DNA of 64,000 nucleotides from a virus. A model generated the notes under the pieces. It saw nothing but the letters and a program-made list of their open reading frames with translations. It ran no database searches and was not told where the DNA came from. Of this stretch, positions 57,722 to 64,000 are shown one piece after another. Position 1 is the first letter of the stretch; the number at the start of each line of letters is the position of its first letter. The translations under genes were made by a program, and so were the position numbers. The stretch lies in the IMG/VR virus record IMGVR_UViG_3300014202_000879, positions 117,889-181,888 of that record. One strand, given 5' to 3'.

Positions 57722-58270
57722 TTACTTTTTGAGCAGGTTCTTCATGGTGTTGGCACCATGGTCGACACCGTACACCACCTTGATACCCTTGGCGCCCATG
57801 TAGTCGATCATCGCGCCCGCGCCCGCGCCGCCCCTTTGCATACACTCCAATGCCAGGACTTGTGCTGCCGCACCAGAATCGTTGAGAGACTTTACGATGC
57901 TTTGTGCTTTACCAATGTAGTCACCGTTGCAGTTGTCCAGATCAGCCATAGAACACGCGTAAACGGCCATAGAAGGCTTTTCTGCAACTGGTTGATCTGT
58001 AGGTATCAGTTCATCGTCTTCGATCGCTAGAACGATGTTAAGAGCTTTCGTGTACAGATAGCTCAAGGGACCATCCAGCACAATGGTAGAGTCTTTGTCA
58101 GTGGGCTTTGTGCCGTTGAGTGTTTTCAGGTTGGCATCAGCTGTGGTTTCCGTGCCATCACCATGGATAGCAGAGGAATCATCAGAAGCTCCTCCTGGTG
58201 TAGCAGTTTGCTTAGTTGTGTTGTTCACTGGGTTTTGCTCTACCCGTGACTTCAGTTGAAAGACTGGCAT
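57722..58270 (-). CDS. conserved (probable virion) protein
   Basis: IVLDGPLSYLYTKALNIVLAIE motif. ATG 58270 after AAGGAA (track start 58333). Confidence 0.7.
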   Translation of the reverse strand: MPVFQLKSRVEQNPVNNTTKQTATPGGASDDSSAIHGDGTETTADANLKTLNGTKPTDKDSTIVLDGPLSYLYTKALNIVLAIEDDELIPTDQPVAEKPSMAVYACSMADLDNCNGDYIGKAQSIVKSLNDSGAAAQVLALECMQRGGAGAGAMIDYMGAKGIKVVYGVDHGANTMKNLLKK

Positions 58271-58388
58271 GGCGATTCCTTGTTTAAATTCTAGACACGA
58301 GGACGGTAGCGTTAAGCGATAGTCCGTAGCCACCCAAGCATTTATGAAAAAGCAGCTGAGTTAGCGACCACTTCATTGAAGCTTAACC

Positions 58389-58422
58389 CTCTACTTACCA
58401 TCGCTAATGATGGTAAGTAGAG
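58389..58422. repeat. 14-bp perfect inverted repeat in a divergent intergenic region
   Basis: CTCTACTTACCATC-GCTAAT-GATGGTAAGTAGAG. Confidence 0.8.
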
Positions 58423-58473
58423 TTGTGGTGAGTGAGCTGTTTTTCCCTGGAATTTAAGAAAAGAAAAGTAACC

Positions 58474-58538
58474 AAAAGAAAAGAAGGGTGCTGCGCACCC
58501 CCCCCCCCCCCCCGCGTAGCGCTTGTTTCTTTTCTTTT
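58474..58538. repeat. imperfect inverted repeat enclosing a C16 homopolymer
   Basis: AAAAGAAAAGAAGGGTGCTGCGC-A-C16-GCGTAGCGCTTGTTTCTTTTCTTTT; C run at 58498-58513. Confidence 0.8.
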
Positions 58539-58747
58539 CCACTCTGGGTGTCTGGACGTAGCGTAGCGTAGTACAGAGCATGTCTTGCGCAGCACATTCT
58601 AACCTTCGTTTACAACTACGGTAGGGGATGCGTGTCTGGCGAGTCGCTTGTTCTAGTCGGCGTGTTCCGGGGAAGAGCTTTTTACGCTCCAAACAATATA
58701 CATGGGAGATAATAAAAACCGGAACTGTTTCTAAGCTGCGCAAACTC

Positions 58748-58765
58748 ACATATACCTTAACTGAC
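58748..58765 (+). promoter_or_regulatory. putative early (vRNAP) promoter motif
   Basis: ACATATACCTTAACTGAC upstream of phuZ. Confidence 0.65.
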
Positions 58766-58819
58766 ATAGCAAGCACTGTGATGTCATCAACCCTTTTACC
58801 TTTAGAGAAAGCGTTCCTC

Positions 58820-59845
58820 ATGAACACACTTCGTCAACCACAACAGATCCGTATCTATGCCGCTGGTGGTGCAGGTCTGAACATCGTTCAAGCATTCATG
58901 GCCGGTCCTCGAACTGCCGACAGCATGGCGGTTACTGCTGTCTTGAAACCGTGCTACTTGGACACGTCCTATTCGGACATCCATGCTGGCACCGACCGCA
59001 GCCAGATCTTTCACCTGAATGACTCGGGTGATGCCTCCATCACACACGACGGTGGCGGCAAGATCCAGTCTTTCAACAACGCGGCCATCCGCGACAGCAT
59101 CCAACCCATGCTGGGTCGCTTTGAACCCACGTTGTTCAACATCATCGTCTCCAGCGCCAGCGGCAGCTCCGGCAGCGTGTTCGGCCTGCACACGGCTGCC
59201 CAGCTTTTGGAGATGGGCAAGATTCCACTGGTGATTCTGATCGGCACCACGGCCTCTTCTTTGGAGATGCGCAACACAGCGCGTACCATCGAGAAGTTCC
59301 GCGAGGTGGCTGCGGCGTATAAGAAGCCGATCAGTATTTACTACGTGGAGAATGGCCACGGGCGAAGCATTGTTGATGTGGACCGTGATGTGCAGGGCAT
59401 GATCAGCCATCTGGCCGTCATGCTGAGTGGCATGAATGCCAAACTGGATACCCAGGACTTCGTCACGTTCTTCGACTACACGCGTGTAGCCGAAATTCCC
59501 CCCACGGCCGTGCTCATCGATTCCGGTGCACTGGAAAAAAGCGACGGTGGCCGGACAATCATCAGCAAGGTGCAGTTGTTGCGCCCTGGCATCGATGCCA
59601 GTAGCTATGCTTTGACAGATGTGGAAAAAGGCCTGGCCTACCACACCTGGGGTTACTACCCAGACAGCTTGGTGGGGACCATACAGAAGCCCGCAGAAGC
59701 TTTCCAGCTCTGTATGTACGTCGGCTTCTTCACCATGCTGGAGAAGACGCTGAAGGAAAAAGCCAGCGGCCAGGAAGCGCGCCAGAAGGCGTTTGCACGT
59801 GACGCAGTACCTGCCACTGCAGACAAGCGTTCCATCAACTTCTGA
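58820..59845 (+). CDS. phuZ: phage tubulin PhuZ
   Basis: IYAAGGAGLNI, YLDTS, GGGK, SASGSSGSV (T4 loop), N..LDTQD (T7 loop). ATG 58820 lies downstream of the promoter (track start 58628). Confidence 0.9.
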   Translation: MNTLRQPQQIRIYAAGGAGLNIVQAFMAGPRTADSMAVTAVLKPCYLDTSYSDIHAGTDRSQIFHLNDSGDASITHDGGGKIQSFNNAAIRDSIQPMLGRFEPTLFNIIVSSASGSSGSVFGLHTAAQLLEMGKIPLVILIGTTASSLEMRNTARTIEKFREVAAAYKKPISIYYVENGHGRSIVDVDRDVQGMISHLAVMLSGMNAKLDTQDFVTFFDYTRVAEIPPTAVLIDSGALEKSDGGRTIISKVQLLRPGIDASSYALTDVEKGLAYHTWGYYPDSLVGTIQKPAEAFQLCMYVGFFTMLEKTLKEKASGQEARQKAFARDAVPATADKRSINF

Positions 59846-59872
59846 GCCGATTTAACGGCTTCCTAAGACCAG

Positions 59873-59908
59873 AAAAATCACACGCCTGAAAAACGTGTGA
59901 TTTTTTTT
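59873..59908 (+). terminator. intrinsic terminator
   Basis: AAAAATCACACG / CGTGTGATTTTT plus T run. Confidence 0.75.
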
Positions 59909-59955
59909 AACTATGGAGGATGTTATAGCTACAACAGATAACGGAGGTACCTGTA

Positions 59956-60414
59956 GTGAAGCCTTCTGTATTTCGTGATAAGATCACACTGATTGACGTG
60001 GGTTGGATACGCGATCGGTTCCACCATGGATTCATGGCCGAGATGATGTCGCTCTATGAAGACAACGACAACTGTTACGACTACCACTCTGTGGAAAGCA
60101 TGTACGAACACTTCTGCTCGTTTGTCGTTGCTGACTCTGTCTTAGACCACTGCGTGATGAATTTGGGTATCAGACCACCCATCATTCAGTCCTTACCTGT
60201 TACGTCCTGTATCGAGAACTCGATACTCGCTCATGTGGAGCCTTATGTCGAGGAGAACAAGATCAGTCTCATTGACGATATCAGTCACATACCTTTTTCA
60301 ACAGACTGTCGGGTGAAGTTCGTAGTGGCAACCAACATGCTGATGCTGGTGGTGTCTCGATTGTCTAAACCCAGCAACCCCATAAATCAAAAGGTCATCG
60401 ATGTCGAAAAGTAA
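59956..60414 (+). CDS. hypothetical protein
   Basis: GGAGG RBS before GTG; 152 aa. Confidence 0.7.
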   Translation: MKPSVFRDKITLIDVGWIRDRFHHGFMAEMMSLYEDNDNCYDYHSVESMYEHFCSFVVADSVLDHCVMNLGIRPPIIQSLPVTSCIENSILAHVEPYVEENKISLIDDISHIPFSTDCRVKFVVATNMLMLVVSRLSKPSNPINQKVIDVEK

Positions 60415-61330
60415 ACTCTCCAAAGACAGCCATCTGGATGCGATGGACGATTTGGATCAGGAGATTCAGTCCCTAACCGTCATTGATCTGAATCCGGTCA
60501 TCGATCAGATCGCCAAAGATCCTTACTATGTTGCTTGTTTTGAAGACAAGTACGATCAGGACCTGTACTTCAAAGGTGTGCCTGTCTTCAGGAAAACAGA
60601 GCGACCCATCTTCCACGTCAACAAGGAAGGCAGGCTGGAGCGTTATTTGTTTGGGCTCGATGTCTGGATACTAAGCGGTGAGTATCTGTTTTACTACGAT
60701 GAGGTTTTTGGCAAAGCCATCCCTATTCGTGAAATCGAGGCGGTTGTAAACATGATGGCCACCCGAAGTCCGATGCTCAAGCACCTGACAGTGGGCAAGA
60801 CACCCAAACAAAGAATCGCCGAATACGTTTGGTGGTGGGTGGCTGAGTTCATAAGTTCACAGAACTGGACAAACCTCATCTACGTCTCTCACGAGCAGAT
60901 CTCTGTCAGGGACAACCACCGCAAAAGAAGAAAGATCGAGAAGCTGCCTATTTGGACAAGTGTGAAGAAGTTCAGCGACTCGCTGTACGACGAGACGATG
61001 TTCAGAAAGCCGTTGGACCTGATCAAGTTCATTCAGGACAGAAAGAAGGCTTTTCCGAATGCAGAACCAGGCACACAGTCAAGCATTCCAGACTACGCCA
61101 TGTTTGACATTGTCAGTGATTTCTCGACAGTGCAAGATCTGCAGACCAGTGTGCTCATGATGTTGGAGACCCCGCGCAACCAATTCAGAAGAATCTCTGT
61201 GGGCAAGCATGGTTCTTTGAACACATGTATCGGAGTCATGATCGGTTGCGATCAACGGGCCTACCAGTGGCACCAAGACGCCTTGGAGGCCATCGAGAAA
61301 CAGGAATGGGACAAAGACAATGGGCTCTGA
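60401..61330 (+). CDS. conserved hypothetical protein
   Basis: 309 aa, translationally coupled operon. Confidence 0.7.
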   Translation: MSKSKLSKDSHLDAMDDLDQEIQSLTVIDLNPVIDQIAKDPYYVACFEDKYDQDLYFKGVPVFRKTERPIFHVNKEGRLERYLFGLDVWILSGEYLFYYDEVFGKAIPIREIEAVVNMMATRSPMLKHLTVGKTPKQRIAEYVWWWVAEFISSQNWTNLIYVSHEQISVRDNHRKRRKIEKLPIWTSVKKFSDSLYDETMFRKPLDLIKFIQDRKKAFPNAEPGTQSSIPDYAMFDIVSDFSTVQDLQTSVLMMLETPRNQFRRISVGKHGSLNTCIGVMIGCDQRAYQWHQDALEAIEKQEWDKDNGL

Positions 61331-61730
61331 TGTCAACTACGACGATTTGCCTATGCTAATCGTGGATCTGAGTGAGGCCATCCGTGCTTACAAACAGCAG
61401 CTTGGCTTGGTGCTGGGAGACGACAACATGACCACGATGGACCACAAGACGTTCATCACCTTGTGTCTAAGCGAACCCAGGAACACACCGGCTCACGATG
61501 ACGTGTTCGATGAAATGATCAGCAGTGTCGTGCACGATGCCATCGAGTCTGGTGACCACGCTGGTGACCTGCAAGCTTGTTCGGCAGTAATTTCTTACGA
61601 GCACATCAGAGATTGCGTGCTGGATACCATCGCCAGAGAAATAGCCGACATGGTCGGTGACAATGATTTCGTCGACACCTACAAGTTGGATTTCTGGGTG
61701 GATGCCAACCATGCCCTGTTTATCCCATGA
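61320..61730 (+). CDS. hypothetical acidic protein
   Basis: 136 aa overlapping the previous stop. Confidence 0.7.
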   Translation: MGSDVNYDDLPMLIVDLSEAIRAYKQQLGLVLGDDNMTTMDHKTFITLCLSEPRNTPAHDDVFDEMISSVVHDAIESGDHAGDLQACSAVISYEHIRDCVLDTIAREIADMVGDNDFVDTYKLDFWVDANHALFIP

Positions 61731-61770
61731 TGCCGAGCTGGAGTACCTTATCGTGCAAGCAGAGAAAAAC

Positions 61771-62181
61771 ATGATCGAGCCAAGCCGTCGTATCATGGTT
61801 ATCGATTTCTCCGAAGTGGTGGGTTGGGCTACTCGCAGGAACTTTGTGAACCAAAACAAAGACGACAAGGACGAAGTCAATGCGTTCATGTCTTTGCTGG
61901 TGGACCACTACCGCGATCAGAATTACCAGTTCTTTTACTTTGCCTCGATGTACCCTGATCTCTACTACCTGAAATCGTTCACACTGCAGGACATCCTGGA
62001 CTCACTCAGGGACAAGTTCGGTCAGTCCTTGGAGCACTTCCAAGAAGACCAGGGGTTTGATGTCCTAGAGATGTACGAAAGCCCCTACACGAACATCGAG
62101 TTCATCAGGATGATGGACACATGCCATGGTGCCATTGCGATAACTTCTTCACACGGAAAAACAACCAATGTCGACAGATAA
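61771..62181 (+). CDS. hypothetical protein
   Basis: Probable ATG 61771 (MIEPSRRIMVIDF); track start 61657. Confidence 0.65.
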   Translation: MIEPSRRIMVIDFSEVVGWATRRNFVNQNKDDKDEVNAFMSLLVDHYRDQNYQFFYFASMYPDLYYLKSFTLQDILDSLRDKFGQSLEHFQEDQGFDVLEMYESPYTNIEFIRMMDTCHGAIAITSSHGKTTNVDR

Positions 62182-62674
62182 ACCTACATTCTCCATGGTG
62201 GACAGTTACCACCAATCCACCAAACCACCCGTTGGACTGGCCATTGACATCAGCAAAGTCACCAGGACGTTTTTGCCTGCTTTCTTGGAAGTGTGCTCGG
62301 TGATGATTCGTACACGTTTGGCTGAAGATGCCCCTAAGCTGGACAACCGTATCGTGGCATACCATGCGTACAAAGAAGCCATCATCGATATCTTCTCCCT
62401 GTACGATCAATCCAGTCAGAACTGGTTGACCCATCTGCAAAGGTCTGCCATTTATTTGGATTTGGCAGGATTGGGCGATGAGATGAATACGGTCCTTGCG
62501 TGCGACAATGTGCAGCAACTCATGCTTGCCATAAGGGCACTGGAGTGCAGTATGTTGCCCTACATCCTCGATGCAGTGAGCGACCACATCCGTGACCGTG
62601 TTAGCGATGTCGAATGCATCGTGGCAGACAGCTTCAACTCAACCACCCTCATCATAAAGGTTTTCCCAAAATGA
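62168..62674 (+). CDS. hypothetical protein
   Basis: 168 aa overlapping both neighbours by a few bases. Confidence 0.7.
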   Translation: MSTDKPTFSMVDSYHQSTKPPVGLAIDISKVTRTFLPAFLEVCSVMIRTRLAEDAPKLDNRIVAYHAYKEAIIDIFSLYDQSSQNWLTHLQRSAIYLDLAGLGDEMNTVLACDNVQQLMLAIRALECSMLPYILDAVSDHIRDRVSDVECIVADSFNSTTLIIKVFPK

Positions 62675-63099
62675 GCCTCTCGTTACTGACCATCGGTGGT
62701 GTGTATCGGTTTGACACCTACGCACCTTCTGAACTGGGTACCACCCTCACCGACATGAAGCTGGCAGGTACTTTGGATTTTGACCTGGCCAACGCGGTAG
62801 AACCGCAGAAGCTGCGGTATGCCAAGATCCGAAGCATCATGCTGGCGAGTTTCCCGGATGTGATTGTGCCGGTCGATCCCACACAGTCGCTGTACTACCG
62901 CTTCAAGTCGGTGAGCGACCCTTCGATGTCGATCATTCTGGCACAACACTGGATCAAACCCAGCTCCATCCAGGTGTTACAGGCCACGAACATCACTGTG
63001 TCCATGGTGTTGTCGTCGGTGGCTGACATTGGTGCAGTCAACCAACTCCTGTCGGCAGCCTACCCGACGATCCAGTCGTTTCAAATTTCTTCCAACTAA
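62671..63099 (+). CDS. conserved phiKZ-like protein (probable virion)
   Basis: ATG 62671 overlaps the previous stop (ATGA); YRFDTYAPSELG...W(I)K..SI pattern (track start 62614). Confidence 0.7.
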   Translation: MSLSLLTIGGVYRFDTYAPSELGTTLTDMKLAGTLDFDLANAVEPQKLRYAKIRSIMLASFPDVIVPVDPTQSLYYRFKSVSDPSMSIILAQHWIKPSSIQVLQATNITVSMVLSSVADIGAVNQLLSAAYPTIQSFQISSN

Positions 63100-63102
63100 A
63101 AC

Positions 63103-63744
63103 ATGGCCAGCCGCTACAAGATGACTGGCTCTATCGATAGAAACGGCGAGGTAGACATCATTCATATGCCGGTGGCGATGCCTTGCGATAAGCCAGTGTT
63201 GTTTGTTTTGAACCTGGAGTCAGATATCTGTGGCTACGACTTGATGTTCATGGACGAGTATTCGTCGCTACTGAAGTCTTCCGGTGATATGCTGGCCGTG
63301 GATGTGCTGGTACATGACTTTAGGTTTGAGTGGTTCAAAGCCATGGACAAAGTGATAAAGTTGATACCTAAGCCAGACACCACCATGGTGAAAGATTGGA
63401 ATAGATTCACAGATATCGTAGGAACCCTGGCTCATATCAGTCGGCTGAATCATGGTGTGACAATAACGCTATTGGGTGATCTGTCCGCGTGCTCCGATAT
63501 AAAAGAACTCATCCATGTCTGGGTGAAGGCACACGGTGCCTCGGAAGAACTAAATTCTGCCACAGATCCCTTTGTCGGTATAGTGCCGTTCTCGTCACTG
63601 TTCCTTATGTCGATCTTTGGTCTAAGTGACCAGATAGATGAACTGAAAACCCACCACGGACTACAGGACTCTTACTACTTGCATTACGACAACAAATTCA
63701 AAACTCCAGTGATTTTGGGTTTTGTTCCACGCAAGGGAGCCTAG
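63103..63744 (+). CDS. hypothetical protein
   Basis: 213 aa in the same operon. Confidence 0.7.
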   Translation: MASRYKMTGSIDRNGEVDIIHMPVAMPCDKPVLFVLNLESDICGYDLMFMDEYSSLLKSSGDMLAVDVLVHDFRFEWFKAMDKVIKLIPKPDTTMVKDWNRFTDIVGTLAHISRLNHGVTITLLGDLSACSDIKELIHVWVKAHGASEELNSATDPFVGIVPFSSLFLMSIFGLSDQIDELKTHHGLQDSYYLHYDNKFKTPVILGFVPRKGA

Positions 63745-63746
63745 TT

Positions 63747-64000
63747 ATGCACGTCATTCGACTGGTTAAAGCCGATTTGTTCAAGTTGGTGGACAGTGCA
63801 CCTCAGCGTGAGTTTGTCATAGCCCATGGCTGCAATGCACAAGGTAAGATGGGCGCTGGTTTTGCAAAAGAGTTTGCACAGCGTTATCCATCGAGTTTCC
63901 AGAAGTACGTTAAGATGCTTCAGGACTATAAAGACCAAAGGGTTCTTGGTATGGTCAGCTGGGATACCGTGAACGCAGACATGATGTTCACGGCTTCGAT
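63747..64000 (+). CDS. macrodomain (ADP-ribose processing) protein, 3'-truncated by the window edge
   Basis: Not in the ORF track. Hand translation MHVIRLVKADLF...IAHGCNAQGKMGAGFAKEFAQRYP is open to the end; N-x-x-G-x-MGAG is the Poa1p/DarG/T4 Tk.4-type macro motif. Confidence 0.8.
   Translation, partial: MHVIRLVKADLFKLVDSAPQREFVIAHGCNAQGKMGAGFAKEFAQRYPSSFQKYVKMLQDYKDQRVLGMVSWDTVNADMMFTAS

Noticed and set aside
58342-58827. ORFs across the phuZ upstream gap (58342..58827, 58404..58595) and the extended phuZ start at 58628
   Set aside because: They run through the C16 tract, hairpins and promoter motif (GGGGG in translation); the region is best read as non-coding.
1-64000. tRNA, rRNA, CRISPR, integrase, chimallin, major capsid and portal genes
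   Set aside because: No supporting motifs seen in this window. Chimallin, capsid and portal probably lie elsewhere in the genome.

Overview
This window is a 64-kb segment of a phiKZ-like, nucleus-forming jumbo phage (Chimalliviridae-like) of a Gram-negative host; GC is roughly 50%. It carries a spanin pair and tail fibre/baseplate genes, an SbcC-like ATPase, RNase HI and a UvsX/RecA recombinase. It also carries three virion RNA polymerase subunits, a 2550-aa tail tip/tape-measure protein, the prohead protease, tail tube and sheath, the large terminase, the PhuZ tubulin and, at the right edge, a truncated macrodomain gene. No tRNA, rRNA, CRISPR array or integrase was seen. The most striking signals are non-coding. 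(i) An 18-bp promoter-like motif occurs seven times, and each downstream unit ends in a U-tract terminator. (ii) Three copies of an ~86-nt three-hairpin leader with compensatory base changes sit in an accessory island beside terL. (iii) A ~300-nt highly structured minus-strand RNA lies directly upstream of terL. (iv) A C16-looped inverted repeat lies upstream of phuZ. Product calls rest on motifs read in the translations and on recalled phiKZ/SPN3US gene order. No database search or folding program was run, so phiKZ gp numbers are inferences and novelty is untested.
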